Of a stretch of DNA of 64,000 bases, positions 31,601 through 42,499 are shown one piece after another (the stretch's first letter is position 1; each line of letters starts with the position of its first letter). The translations under genes and the position numbers were made by a program. The notes under the pieces were generated by a model. That model made no database searches and had not been told where the DNA came from. It saw nothing but the letters and a program-made list of their open reading frames with translations. The DNA comes from Bacteroidota bacterium. GTDB taxonomy: Bacteria > Bacteroidota > JABWAT01. The stretch covers positions 36,634 to 100,633 of the forward strand of contig JAIUNL010000017.1 of assembly GCA_020161835.1 (NCBI GenBank), given 5' to 3'.

Positions 31601-34600
31601 AAAGGTTCCATTATCAAAGTCATTGGTTGCATCAATTAGACCACCGGCATTAATCTGGATTCCATTCACACCCATATACTCAAATGTATAATATGTAGCT
31701 TCAATTGTACCACCATCTGCTACTGTAAAAGAATATGTTCCAGCAGACTGACGGGTAACAGTAGCAACAGCAGATTCACTGGTGCCAACGATCTGAACAC
31801 GGCCACCACTATTGACAGTAAGTGTAGAATTTGCACCCATTTTAAGAAATGAATTACCATTTACATTTAGAGTGCTAGTAATTGACAAAGCATCAACCCC
31901 AGTACCATCTCCATTATTAAAAATGAAACCATTCAGATTGAGTGTACCAGATGACAGTGTGGTGTTTCCGTTTGTAGACAAATTGGAAGTTAATTGATAA
32001 ACAGTGCCAGAACCGGCATTGAAGGTAATATTGTAGAACGCTGAACTTCCTGCTGAAATACTTCCTGTACCACTTGTTTTATTAAATACAACTGTACCCT
32101 GGCGGGCAGTAAAAACACCAGTATTCGTCCAGTCATTTCCAATTGTAAGGATGTAGGCGTTGTTGCTGATATCAAGTGTTCCGGCAGTAATGGTGAGGTT
32201 ATTTGCAATTGTAGTGGAAGCACCCAAATTTACAGTACCAACCGAATTAATGGTCAGATTATAAAAATTGGCAGTCCCGTTGTTAACAGTTTTAGCACCA
32301 CTTGCAACTTCAAATACAACAGTTGATCCACCATTATTAAATGTACCTGTACCACCTTTTGTCCAGTTTCCAGCAGCTGAAATAATATCATCAGCCCCTG
32401 TTACGGTCATAATACCTGTTATGGTGAGATCCCCGGAAATTGAAAGATCATTTGCGGTACCATCGTCAGTTGTATTGATAGTAAGAGTTGCACCTGAATT
32501 GATGGTGATATTATTTGCATTTGCACCTGAGGTAGCTATTAACGGTTGATTGGTAGCCGTTGCAATAATTACATTGGTAGTTGCGTCAGGAGCAATAACC
32601 CCGCCTGAACTTGGTGTCCAGTTTGCAGCAGTGTACCAATCAGTAGAAATGGAACCGTTCCATGTCAGGGTTATTGGAGTTGGCCAGGAGATAAGGCTGA
32701 TTGGATCCTGATCAAAGGACTCTCCACTAAAAGAACCACTTGCAGCGTTAAATGAAACAACACCGGAAAGAGCCTCATTCCGTGTAACGTTGCTTGCTCC
32801 ACCACCTGGATTTACGGGGAAAGAAACATTATTAATGGTCATACCTGCAGTTGAATGTTCCAGTTTCAATAAAGTTGCAGAACCACCCGCAGTTCCGTTT
32901 GTAAAGGTACAGTCACTGAAATTATTGGTTGCATCAATAGTAGCAGCAGACGTTACCTTAATCCCACTTGCATTCATGTATTCAAAAAGTGTATATCTTG
33001 CACTTATTGAACCATTGACTGTAAATCCATAAGTTCCACCAGCATTCGGTCTGGTTACATAAACATTGCTTGAAGGAGTACCTACCAGGTCAAGTGAACC
33101 ACCTGAATTTACAGTAAGATTTGCTGATCCACCTCCCAAACGCAAATATCCACCGGCACCAGCAATATAGCTTCCGGTAATCGAAATTGCATCAGACCCA
33201 TTTCCATCACCCAAAGAAACTATTTTGGAATTTCCATTGAATGTACCTGCAGTGAGAGTAAAAGCTCCAACCAAAGTAAGAGCATCCTGAACAACATAGG
33301 TTGCCCCTGGTGCATTAATTACTAAGTTAGCTAAAGAACTGCCATTTAAATACAAATCCTGAGAACCGGAAGTTGCATTAAGGTTAAGTGTACCACTTTG
33401 AGAAATCAGACCAGTTCCACTCACAACAATATTACCACCTACATAAGAAGTTGTTCCGTTTAGTGTGAACGACCCTTGTGATACCTGAAGGTTATTAGTA
33501 ACAGTTATACCAGATGTTGCCAACTGAACCAATGTACCAGAACTTGTCAATTTGTAAAAATAATTCGGACTTGCATTGGCATCGTTGGTAATGTTTTGAG
33601 TTGCACCACCGTTGAAAATAACTTCACCCAATCTGGCAACAAATGAACCTGTGCTATTATTGGTCCAGTTCCCTGAAATATAGATAGTATAGTTATTTGT
33701 ACTAACATCGAGTGTAGCAACACCAATACTTAAGTTACCAGCCACACTTATATCTCCAGTCAGAGTTTTAGTGTTAGCATTATTCAATGTTAAACTACCG
33801 TATGTAATTCCACCCCTGATTGACTGCGCACTGGAAAAATTATAGTTCGTGTTGGAAGTTGAAACCATTGTATTGGTACCAAATCCAGACGGAAAGTTAT
33901 CAGCACCAGTTACAGTAAGGGTAGTACCATTAAAGGTAAAAGCTTTTGAAACTGTTCCTGTAACCGAATAGGTAACCATATTAAGCGAAATAGAATTATT
34001 TACAGTTAAGTCACCATTAATGGTTAAATTTCCGCCAAGCGTCTTTGTAGAGTTTGTGGTTCCTGCCAAAACCAGATTATTAAAGGTTGATGTATTTATA
34101 GTTTGTGCATTTCCTGTGAAAGTCACAGTACCAGTTCCGGAGTATGTTCCAGAATTAGTCCAGGTTGCACCAGCAAATGTATGCGAGGCTCCACCATCAT
34201 TAAACGTTCCTAAATTGGTAAAGGTACCACCAATTGAAATATTTGCACCTGAAGCTGCGGTTAAAGTATAACCTCCTCCATTGATGACTAAGTTATTAAT
34301 CACAGTCATTGGTGTTAATATATTTTTAACCCCTGAATTATCTACTTTGAAATTATAGAATGTACCATTTGTGATATTCTGGACACCTCCTCCATTAAGG
34401 AATACTTCACCCGTGACACCAGATGGATTAGTGTTAAAGATTCCATTATTAACAAAATTTCCAGAAATTCTAGTTGAATATCCATTAGTGGCATAACTTA
34501 CAGTTGTTCCAACGTCAATTGTTAACGTACCAGCAAAATTAATATTTCCCACAAGGGAATAATTTGCACCACCAGTAAAATCAACAGAATGGAATTGATA

Positions 34601-37600
34601 AGTAGTCCCATTCATATTAATTGATTTTGTACCACTCGAAGCATTAAATATTACTTTTGATCCACCATTGGTGAAAATACCGGTAGCAGTTCTGGTCCAA
34701 GCACCACCAACAATAATATTACTTGTAGAAGATGATACTGCAAGGGTTGCTGTTCCAGTGGATCCAATCACAACATCACCAACAACGGAAAGATCAAAAC
34801 CACTTTTAACTTCAAGTTGACCATTAGAAATTGTGAGGCTTTTGCAGGAAGCATCTGCAGTTTTAATTTGTGGGTAATTTGTTGCTGTTGGGATTGTTAC
34901 ATCATAAGTATTATCAGGAACACCAACTGGGCTCCAATTTGCTCCATCATTCCAGTCATTAATATCAACGCCAAGACCACCAACCCAGGTTTTAGCGGTT
35001 GTAATTGGCCAGGTTAAGAGGTTATTGGCTGCACCGGTTGGATCAGCCTCATAAATTGAATTAGTTGTTGAATTCAATCCAGCCAAAGTTCCATCAATCA
35101 CACCACCAAATGTAATAATACCAATAGCTGTATTTACTCTACCAACGTTAAAGTGGTATAGTGTATTTGGCGTACCAGAAAAATTAAAAGTTACATTGTC
35201 AATTGCAATATCACCTGTATTGGCATCCAATTGAAGGTATCTTCTGTTTCCTGAAGCAGTTGTAGTCAAGTTCGACCAGGAACCATCAGAGAAATTATTA
35301 GTTGCATGAACAGTTGCTCCAGAATTCACTACTAGACCTGCATCTGCCAAATACTCAAATAAATAATATCGGGCTTCAATGTTACCATTAACAGTAATCA
35401 AGGCTCTTGCAGTACCGGCACTTTGAGATACGGTTGCGATATTTGATGAATTTGATCCAACAACTTTAAGGGTACCGCCATTAGCAACCGTAAGTGTAGA
35501 TTGGCCATCTGTATTATCAAATCTCAATGTTGAATTTGCATCTACATCAAGAGTTCCACCTGAAGAAATTGAGTGATTTTCAATAACATCAGGGTTGTCA
35601 TTATTACCCAATACAAGAATTTTGCCGTTTAAATCAAGAGCAGCGTTAAGTCCAACAACCAGGTTACCATTTAAAGTTGTTGTTGCTGATTCCAAGGTAT
35701 AAGTTCTTGCTGATGTACTTCCCTGATTAAATGATACATTATTAAAAGCGGAAGCACCTGCTGTAATTGTCTTAGCAGTTGTATTTGGAGAGTCAAAGGT
35801 AACAGTAGCAGTTCTTGCAGTAAATCCACCGTTATTTGTCCAGTTACCATTAACATTTATGCTGTAATTAGTAACACTTACATCAAGGGTAACACCGGCA
35901 CCAATTGTCAGGTCGTCAACAATCCAATTACCAGAAAGTGTTTTTGTATAATTGGTAACATTCGTTCTGGAAACTGTTACATTCTTTGCTGTTAAACCAG
36001 GTATATTTTGAGTAGCATTTCCGTTGAAATCAAGATTGGAATTGGTTGTAGTCCAGGTACCAAATGCCGTTACAGTAACAACACCACCTAAACTATGTGA
36101 CAATGATCCAAAATCAAGAATAACTTCATTGGTTCCATCACCAACAGTTAATACACCAGAAGTAACAATTCCATTTCCTGTTACAGTTTTTGTATTTCCA
36201 CCAGTGCTTCCATCAGCATCAATAACAGTGACAGCACTAAAGGTACTTCCTGTTCCTGGATTAATGGATTGGTTAGTCAATGCATCAAAAGTAATAGTTC
36301 CACCGGTTGCAGTGAATACTCCTGAATTAGTCCAGGTACTTCCCGTAAAGTTAATGTTACGTGCTGTTGAAACCGTTGACCCGGATGCATTTGTAAAAGA
36401 CCCAAGAATTACGAAACTATCACCACCGTTACCGAATGTTTTAGTTCCAGTTCCTGAAAATCCAATATTATTGAAGGTATAGGTTAACGCAGTTCCACTA
36501 GGATTATTAATGGTTTGCGTTGTTCCGTTAAAGTTAACAGAACTACTTGTTGTTGTAAAAACGCAACCATCATTAATAGAAAAGTTACCACCAACATTAA
36601 GAGTTTTCCCTGTAATATCAAAAGTTACAAATTCAGTTAAAACACCAGCGGTGTATGTGCTGTTTAATGTCAGATTACCAGCCACATTCAGGGTCGAACC
36701 AGAAATTGTTTTGGTGTAAAGACCATTTCCGCTGTAATAAAGGTTCAGGTTTCCGAAGGTAACAGCTCCAGGAATGATCTGACTTTCTGTCTGTGAATAA
36801 AACAGAACGGTAGAGGCTGAATTAAGTGAATAAGAACCAAACGATGGGAAAGCGGCGACCGTGTTAGGTATTGACCAATTAAGAGTAGCACCTGAGGCCA
36901 TTGTAAAAATACCCGCCCCGGAACCTGTGAAATAATTATATACAGGACCAGCTTGTGTATGAGCAGTAACCGTAACACCAGCATTAATGGTTAAGTTATT
37001 ACCAACTGCGAAAATTCCATAAATGGTTTTCGTTCCGGTACCTGCCAAAATAAGATTGTAGAAACCATCAATGTCTGTATCAATATTCCAGTTACCACCA
37101 TTGTGGGTAAGAGTTGATGTTCCGGTATTAAAGTTTGCACCTGCACCTGCAGGGACACCAATATTTCCAGCAACTGAAACAGAATAATTACCAAGGTTCA
37201 ACCGAACTTCTGCATCATTAAGATTTAGGTTCCCGGTAACAATTGTTGTTCCTGTAATGTTTTTGTTGGGAGTTGATGCTGCAACCCTTCCCACTGTTAG
37301 ATTTCCGTAAGTTGTTGCAAAAATATCCTGGTCACTATTGGAAAGATAGTATACAGTTGAATTACTGCTTAGCACCAATGAACTCAATGGCAAGGAAGTT
37401 TGGCGAACTGTAAGGGTTGTACCTCCAGTTAAAGTAAAACTGCCACCGACTGTAAAACTTCCTGTTCCAAGATCAACTCCGCCAACAGTCGAATTGACAG
37501 TTACATTGTTGGTAATATTTCCACCCAACGCACTGAATGTTTTTGTACCAGTTCCGGCTAAAGTCAGATTATAGAATGTAGTTACGCTAGCACTCCCATT

Positions 37601-40600
37601 ATCGATTGTAGCATTACCGCCATCAAAAATCACTGTACTTGTATTTGCAGTAAATGAACCTGAACCTGTTTTAACCCAGGCCGCTCCTGTACTTGCACCT
37701 ACATATATGGTGTTAGTTCCACCAATCAAAGTTGTATTGTCTTGTAAGCTCACCTGATTATTTATATCAATATTGGATAATATAGTACGGGTTGCACCAC
37801 CAGCACCGCTGGAAGTTGTAAAATTATAAAAGGGTCCACCCGTTATATTTTGATTGGTACCACTGCCATTAAAAGTTACGGTTCCGGATCTTGGTACAAA
37901 AACGCCGGTTCCTGTGTTAGACCAATTCCCTGCGACAGTAACTCCCAAATTTCCAGAAGAAACATTTAAAGTTCCATCAGAAATTGTAAGGTTACCACCA
38001 ACAATGATTGCATTCCCAGCTAATGTATAAATTGAATTCGGCGCATTGATGGTTAAATTATAAAAAGAAGATCCACCCGAAGTAATAGTGGCATCTTTAT
38101 CAGAACCGTTAAAAGTAACTGTAGCTGAATTTGCTGTAAAGGTACCAGAGTTAGCCCAGTTACCTGCAACATTCAGTGTAGTACCATTTGATTGAGCCAA
38201 AGTAGTAAGTGCACGAATATTTAAATTTCCTGCAACAGTAAGACTGCTTGTTTGCAAGTTTAATGTAATGGTATTTACACCACCAGCATCCATAATAAGA
38301 TTCGCACATTCAGCTGCTGAATTGATTGAAACCGAATAAACACCACCAACGAACGAATGATCAAGAATCACGTTCTGATCAATTGCAGGGATTTCATCAG
38401 AAATCCAGTTATCAGGATCTTCCCATGTAGTTCCATTTCCACCACCATCCCAATACACAGCAATGTAATTCCATGCAACCAATGCACCCGGATCATTTTC
38501 AGAACCCTGACCTGCTTTTGCTCCAGTAGCATCGTTAAAAGTAATTGCACCAGTAGAGCCTGCAGTCCGTGATACGTTAAAGTCCTGACCAGCATTAAAC
38601 ACAACGTTATTAATCGTTAATCCGGCACCTAAGTTCAATGCCCCAAAATTAATATATTGGGAACCAACAGATCCATCAACGCCATTTGAAAACGTACCAT
38701 CAGAAAAATTATTGGTTGCGTCAATTGTACCACCAGTAAATGAAATACCGGTTGTTCTCAAATATTCAATTTGATAATATCTGGCCTCGAAAGTACCTGA
38801 AGATTGATCAATCGTATATCCAGTAGTATTAGAACGGGTAATTGTAGCAATTGCACCATTTGTTCCAAGTAATTTTACATTTCCACCAGCATTTGTAACA
38901 ACTGCAGAATTTGCGAGCAATAAAGTTGCATCACTATTCATGTAAAATGATGCACTAGCACTTGACAAGTAAACAGAACTACCACTTGTGTAGCCGGAAA
39001 GGGTTATAGTCTTTTTATTGAAGAAAAAGATACCGGATTGAACTTCAATTGTATAATTGGTTCCATTTGCAGCATATGAATTTGTGAATGAGGTTCCAAC
39101 TTTTAATGTGTCAGTTGATCCAATATTTACTGCTACAGGCCCGGTCATGTTTGAAGTGTTCAAGTCAAAATTGATAGTTCCGACACCTGTCGGATCTCCA
39201 TCAAAGGTTAACCGGCAACCCGTGTTAGTGAAGGTACCAGCTCCTGTATTTACAAAATTACCGCCAACTGTAAAGGGTTTTAGTCCGGAGGTATATGAAC
39301 CGGTTGTAAAATTACCCGTTATCATTGTAAAATCATTGTCAACATCAATTGGATTATCAAGAGCAACTGTAAGGGTTTGACCTGCTGTGAGATTAACTTC
39401 AAGGTTATAGAAATTCTTATTGGCCAGGGTTTGGGTATTCAGACCAGGATTAATAGTTCTGCCATTACCCCAAAAATTTACCGTTCCCTGACGGGCTTCA
39501 AATACACCATTGGTTTGGTTATTATTCCAAACACCTGCAATACTTATGGTATAATTGTTATTAGAAACATCCAGAGTTACGTTATCGTTGATGGTTAGTG
39601 CATTTGAAAGTACAATATTTCCATTCAAAGTTTTTGTACCAGAGCCAGCACATACAATTGACCCAAAAGTTGAGGCACCAATAATTTGGTCAGTACCTGC
39701 AAATGTTACAATATAATTACGATTGGTAAATGTGCCCACATTGGTCCAATTACCAAAAAGAGTTAAGTTAGTAATATTGTAAGTATCGAGTGTGGCCCCA
39801 CCTTCAATTGTTAGGTCACCATTGACAGTTGCAGTGGTACCTGATGAAATCAGATATTTTGTGCCTGAATTTCTGAAAATAAGGTTATTGAAGACAGAAC
39901 CACCAGAAACAGTAATATTCTGTTGAGTATTCCCATCAAAAATTACAGTTGAACCGGTTGACGTGAAAGTTGTACCGGCATTTCTTGTCCATGCACCTGA
40001 AACAGTAATGGTTCTATTGGTTGCATCTAAAGTAGCAGCATTCACTGTAAAGTTAAGATTTGAATGAATATCAATATCCGAAACAAGGAATACTGTACCT
40101 GTTGCAGTATTGATTGTAAACACATTGAAATAACTGGAAGAAACTCCGTTATCAATGTTCATAATTCCTGTACCGGTAAAAGTTGTAGTCGAAGCTGTCT
40201 GAACAAAAGTTCCGCCTGCATTATTAAACCAATCTGCACCTGCAAAATCAACATTATTGGCAGTAAGAACATTGGCATCAGAGTCAATAGTCAGTTCACC
40301 ACCATTAGTGATTGCAAACGCCGCTGAAAGTGTTTTTGTACCTGAACCCGTAAACAGAACCCTGTAAAGTGAAACAGTTCCGCCACCATAATTATTTCCA
40401 CCATAAGAAATGGTACCACCGATTGCCTGATCTCCACCAGAAAATACAAGATTACTAGTTACTGTGCTAGCTTGGGTATAAGTAGCATTACCACCACCTT
40501 TATTGAAATTACCATTAACTGTAATTGTAAATCCACCATCATTAAAAATGAGTCCACCAGTATTATTCATTACAAAATTGCCGCCAAAAACAAGGTTTCC

Positions 40601-42499
40601 AGCAGCAGTTTTGGTTCCAGAAGTGGTTAAAAACAAACTACCGTACGATGCAGACGCATTTAAAACAGGAATAGTTACCGCAGCACCATACAAATAAATG
40701 TAGGAGTCGGCAGCAAGGGTGATCGTTGTATAGTCATTGATCATAGAACCAAAATTGGTACCCGTTGCTGAAGATTGGAAAATAACATTCGCACCAAGCG
40801 AAAAAGCTGTTCCGGTTCCAGCTGTATTGGTAATCAGATTGGTGCCCATTGTGATATATAGAACACGATTAACGTCACCACCTGTATTGGTTACGCTGAA
40901 AGTACCCCGGACATCAATATTATTTGTAATGGTTTTGGTTCTTGATGCTGTTGGTGCATTCAGGGTAATATTGAGGTTTTGGAATTGCGCATTGTTGCTT
41001 GTCGTAACAGTCAACGTTTGATTGGCATCATCACTATCAAGAGTGGTTGTACCGGAAGCACCTGACGTAATTTGGGAAGTAGCACCAGCTAAGGTTACCG
41101 CACCGGAGAAATGGTGGGTATGATTTCCTAATGCAAGGGTTACTCCATTATATATATAAAGTGTTCCTGTTACAGTTAAGTTACCGGTTGCTGTTTTTGA
41201 TCCACTATTTACATAAAGATTGAAATAAGGAATTGTACCACCTGTATAAGTACCTGGAACTTCCTGTCCTGCACCATTACCTACATAATAAATAAGGCTG
41301 TTTGTGGCAACTGTCAAAGAAGCAATAGTTGGGAATGGTGTTGCTGTCTTGTAAAGATTCAGCTGACCGTTAATTACTAATGTACCAGCACCACCCATGG
41401 TTGAACCTACCGCAGTAGTACCAAGAGCCAAAGTAGAGCCAGAATTTATAGTTGCAAGTGTAGTTACAGTTAATACTTCACTATCTGAAACAGTTTTAGT
41501 ACCGGTACCTGCAAAAGTTACCGTTGAAAAAGTGATTGCGGTATTGACTGAGTTGGAAATTGTCTGGTTTCCGCCATCAAAGGTCACAGAACCTGTGTTT
41601 GAAAACGGATTTGCAGGATCAGTACTGGCTACGGTCCAGTTACCTGCAACAGTTAAAGCAAATCCACCATCATTAAACAAACCAGCAGTACTGCCGGTGA
41701 TCGTTACATTTCCGTTTATATCCAGATTGGAGTTTGCAGTTTTAATTGCAGTACCAGAGAAGGCGAGGCTGAAAAAATTAGAACCCGAGGCAAGGTCAAC
41801 CGATTGGGCCAAACTGCTGCTGTTTAGAGTGACCGTTCCATTTGTTGCAGAAAACACACTACCTGAGGCAACTGAAAATGATCCGGCAACATTTAAAATA
41901 TTTGCAACTGTAGCACTTACAGTTGAATTGTTTGTAACTGAAAAATTATTATTTACAGTTACAGTACCAGCGCCAAGAGAAAACGAAGAAGATTGAATAT
42001 TTAAGTTGTAAAACGTTCCGGTTGTAAGGGATTGAATACCACCGTTAAACACAACAGTAGAAGTACCCGAGGTAAAGGTACCTGTTGCCGTAAAAACACC
42101 GCCAACATTAAAAGTAGAAGAACCAGCATCAAGCGTTGCAGAGGCAGCGATAGTAACTGCACCTGTAACAGAAAGAGTTTGTGCACCAAGCGCAAGATCA
42201 GTTACTCCAGTTCCATTCTGCACTACCAACGCACCAATTGCATTCGCAGGAGAGAGGTCAAGTGTAACGGTACCTGTCATCGTACCTAGAATGGTAACTG
42301 TACCAGCACCAGTGTTTTGCCCAGGGTAGTCAGGAGAACCAACCCACAACCCACCAACACGTTTCTGCCAACTTGCTGCATTCGACCAGTTGAAAGCACC
42401 AGAACCCAGGGTTTGGTAATCACCATCAACCTGAGCAAAGGAAAGCCCGGATGTGAACAGAATAACAGCAAAAAGAGCCGACGTTAGCAACTTCTTCAT
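28607..42499 (-). CDS. Giant (~4630 aa) Gly/Thr/Asn/Ser-rich beta-helix-repeat protein with T9SS C-terminal domain
   Basis: Signal peptide MKKLLTSALFAVILFTSGLSFAQ at 42499; many GTGTKT.SGN..V.G.LTI beta-helix repeats; LPVEF Ig-like domain and HNYPNPFNPST...WDGRD..G..V..G.YFVRI...KMILLK CTD. Confidence 0.85.
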   Translation of the reverse strand: MKKLLTSALFAVILFTSGLSFAQVDGDYQTLGSGAFNWSNAASWQKRVGGLWVGSPDYPGQNTGAGTVTILGTMTGTVTLDLSPANAIGALVVQNGTGVTDLALGAQTLSVTGAVTIAASATLDAGSSTFNVGGVFTATGTFTSGTSTVVFNGGIQSLTTGTFYNLNIQSSSFSLGAGTVTVNNNFSVTNNSTVSATVANILNVAGSFSVASGSVFSATNGTVTLNSSSLAQSVDLASGSNFFSLAFSGTAIKTANSNLDINGNVTITGSTAGLFNDGGFALTVAGNWTVASTDPANPFSNTGSVTFDGGNQTISNSVNTAITFSTVTFAGTGTKTVSDSEVLTVTTLATINSGSTLALGTTAVGSTMGGAGTLVINGQLNLYKTATPFPTIASLTVATNSLIYYVGNGAGQEVPGTYTGGTIPYFNLYVNSGSKTATGNLTVTGTLYIYNGVTLALGNHTHHFSGAVTLAGATSQITSGASGTTTLDSDDANQTLTVTTSNNAQFQNLNITLNAPTASRTKTITNNIDVRGTFSVTNTGGDVNRVLYITMGTNLITNTAGTGTAFSLGANVIFQSSATGTNFGSMINDYTTITLAADSYIYLYGAAVTIPVLNASASYGSLFLTTSGTKTAAGNLVFGGNFVMNNTGGLIFNDGGFTITVNGNFNKGGGNATYTQASTVTSNLVFSGGDQAIGGTISYGGNNYGGGTVSLYRVLFTGSGTKTLSAAFAITNGGELTIDSDANVLTANNVDFAGADWFNNAGGTFVQTASTTTFTGTGIMNIDNGVSSSYFNVFTINTATGTVFLVSDIDIHSNLNFTVNAATLDATNRTITVSGAWTRNAGTTFTSTGSTVIFDGNTQQNITVSGGSVFNNLIFRNSGTKYLISSGTTATVNGDLTIEGGATLDTYNITNLTLFGNWTNVGTFTNRNYIVTFAGTDQIIGASTFGSIVCAGSGTKTLNGNIVLSNALTINDNVTLDVSNNNYTISIAGVWNNNQTNGVFEARQGTVNFWGNGRTINPGLNTQTLANKNFYNLEVNLTAGQTLTVALDNPIDVDNDFTMITGNFTTGSYTSGLKPFTVGGNFVNTGAGTFTNTGCRLTFDGDPTGVGTINFDLNTSNMTGPVAVNIGSTDTLKVGTSFTNSYAANGTNYTIEVQSGIFFFNKKTITLSGYTSGSSVYLSSASASFYMNSDATLLLANSAVVTNAGGNVKLLGTNGAIATITRSNTTGYTIDQSSGTFEARYYQIEYLRTTGISFTGGTIDATNNFSDGTFSNGVDGSVGSQYINFGALNLGAGLTINNVVFNAGQDFNVSRTAGSTGAITFNDATGAKAGQGSENDPGALVAWNYIAVYWDGGGNGTTWEDPDNWISDEIPAIDQNVILDHSFVGGVYSVSINSAAECANLIMDAGGVNTITLNLQTSSLTVAGNLNIRALTTLAQSNGTTLNVAGNWANSGTFTANSATVTFNGSDKDATITSGGSSFYNLTINAPNSIYTLAGNAIIVGGNLTISDGTLNVSSGNLGVTVAGNWSNTGTGVFVPRSGTVTFNGSGTNQNITGGPFYNFTTSSGAGGATRTILSNIDINNQVSLQDNTTLIGGTNTIYVGASTGAAWVKTGSGSFTANTSTVIFDGGNATIDNGSASVTTFYNLTLAGTGTKTFSALGGNITNNVTVNSTVGGVDLGTGSFTVGGSFTLTGGTTLTVRQTSLPLSSLVLSSNSTVYYLSNSDQDIFATTYGNLTVGRVAASTPNKNITGTTIVTGNLNLNDAEVRLNLGNYSVSVAGNIGVPAGAGANFNTGTSTLTHNGGNWNIDTDIDGFYNLILAGTGTKTIYGIFAVGNNLTINAGVTVTAHTQAGPVYNYFTGSGAGIFTMASGATLNWSIPNTVAAFPSFGSYSLNSASTVLFYSQTESQIIPGAVTFGNLNLYYSGNGLYTKTISGSTLNVAGNLTLNSTYTAGVLTEFVTFDITGKTLNVGGNFSINDGCVFTTTSSSVNFNGTTQTINNPSGTALTYTFNNIGFSGTGTKTFGNGGDSFVILGSFTNASGSTVSTARNINFTGSTWTNSGVFTATGGTITFDALTNQSINPGTGSTFSAVTVIDADGSTGGNTKTVTGNGIVTSGVLTVGDGTNEVILDFGSLSHSLGGVVTVTAFGTWTTTNSNLDFNGNATQNIPGLTAKNVTVSRTNVTNYTKTLSGNWIVDDLTIGAGVTLDVSVTNYSINVNGNWTNNGGFTARTATVTFDSPNTTAKTITAGASAFNNVSFNQGSTSARTYTLESATTTLNGNLVVGLNAALDLNGKILVLGNNDNPDVIENHSISSGGTLDVDANSTLRFDNTDGQSTLTVANGGTLKVVGSNSSNIATVSQSAGTARALITVNGNIEARYYLFEYLADAGLVVNSGATVHATNNFSDGSWSNLTTTASGNRRYLQLDANTGDIAIDNVTFNFSGTPNTLYHFNVGRVNTAIGIITFGGVIDGTLAGLNSTTNSIYEADPTGAANNLLTWPITTAKTWVGGLGVDINDWNDGANWSPVGVPDNTYDVTIPTATNYPQIKTADASCKSLTISNGQLEVKSGFDLSVVGDVVIGSTGTATLAVSSSTSNIIVGGAWTRTATGIFTNGGSKVIFNASSGTKSINMNGTTYQFHSVDFTGGANYSLVGNINFAGTLTIDVGTTVSYATNGYSTRISGNFVNNGIFNTNPSGVTGEVFLNGGGVQNITNGTFYNFKVDNSGVKNILTPMTVINNLVINGGGYTLTAASGANISIGGTFTNLGTFNDGGASHTFAGATWTNSGTYSGTGTVTFTGNAQTINTSTFNNLVLAGTTNSTKTLGGNLTINGDLTVNNSISLNMVTYSVTGTVSKAFTFNGTTLTVTGADNFPSGFGTNTMVSTSNTNYNFSSAQSIRGGITYGSLTLNNANTKTLTGDISVAGNLSIGVATLDVSTNNYTIYISGNWTNNSTGSFVARLGEVIFNGGATQNITNDANASPNYFYKLTSSGTLVQLATSGITVTNNLQVSQGSFTLNGTTSYVGGNIVVSGTGLISQSGTLNLNATSGSQDLYLNGSSLANLVINAPGATYVVQDALTLVGAFTLTAGTFNGNSKIVSLGDGNGSDAISITGSYIAGAGGYLRLGGGSANLTVNSGGSLDLVGTPSSNVYVTRPNAGGTYGFTVNGSISARYTLFEYMNASGIKVTSAATIDATNNFSDCTFTNGTAGGSATLLKLEHSTAGMTINNVSFPVNPGGGASNVTRNEALSGVVSFNAASGSFSGESFDQDPISLISWPTPITLTWNGSISTDWYTAANWTPSSGGVIAPDATTNVIIATATNQPLIATSGANANNITINSGATLTINTTDDGTANDLSISGDLTITGIMTVTGADDIISAAGNWTKGGTGTFNNGGSTVVFEVASGAKTVNNGTANFYNLTINSVGTVNLGASTTIANNLTITAGTLDISNNAYILTIGNDWTNTGVFTARQGTVVFNKTSGTGSISAGSSAFYNITFNAGSGTVYQLTSNLSTNGNTTLSSGTLNLNGFIFNNGDGTGVDALSITSTLNVNGNSFLKMGANSTLTVNSGGRVQIVGTSESAVATVTRQSAGTYSFTVADGGTIEATYYTFEYMGVNGIQINAGGLIDATNDFDNGTFANGTTGGVYLNFLGEFSDASNHVFGGNPINDVTFNSGPLYNVRRTSGANIMEFRDAGGSLSGYLYEDDNTSQSPTTGAIRWSSSGSTFTWTGAVDTDWGNVNNWFDGVGVPADYPRTAHVDVANLVVTIPSGTPFAPTIDAADDAAAKNVTINGGATLTLSGSATLVVSNILSNSGTLIAGGSTITVGNSFTNSGTFTAGTGTVVLTSASGTKTISNGGSSLYNLTLSGASTFNLSAALTVTNNLTISAGTLDVTTNNYALNIGGNLSITGTGLLTSRSGTITMNGTGTKTLDPRTSSLYALVINKTGGGSVTLTTNNLTLSNNLTLTAGTFAVGALNINLLGTWTNTAATFTAGSGTVTFGGSGNFNLTTNNQSFNNLVVNKSNPANIITLNSNLSLTGALTVTSGTLFVNGKIVSSGNDASDNVSVGSSGTLSVDAGSQMKFYPGTTNTVTGSLSAVGTGLSNRALVTYVSAGTYNLNIATGGSFTNGFSTIQSAVIGVSGTMTVNSNTDVRLSNGTVVTVNSGGTLTAVGASTVANATVTSENGSSYYQVDVLSGGTLNAKNAIFSYVGATGGYGLRVRSGATINASNKLDNVQFANGKSDALAYLRLENNQTLQFDGMNFTGGPTYNISANTGSYIVNNYKGAFSGARYENDVVGTDGRGFVRWLFNETQAVAANTSFTFGNDLVLNFTDRGTVTSVNVQLFDGYFDPLKKIVIQRYYVVTPTGTANNVAMTQYWGANDQNGQIADATLNFWRKVGLVYTPFANNAVNGTTRLATRNALGANLAGTWFLSNAVDESSLPVEFAGSTITARRGGIEVKWETESETGNSQWRIERSTVTESDSLDFGEIGKLGGAGTTSSRSKYTYMDKSAMVGFQYKYRLVSIDYDGTEYKKDLNSVMFEAPKEFSLYHNYPNPFNPSTTIPIDVAKEQRVSMIIYNIMGQEIRTLKNEIMKPNFYDVVWDGRDRSGNIVATGQYFVRIVTDGYVKTQKMILLK

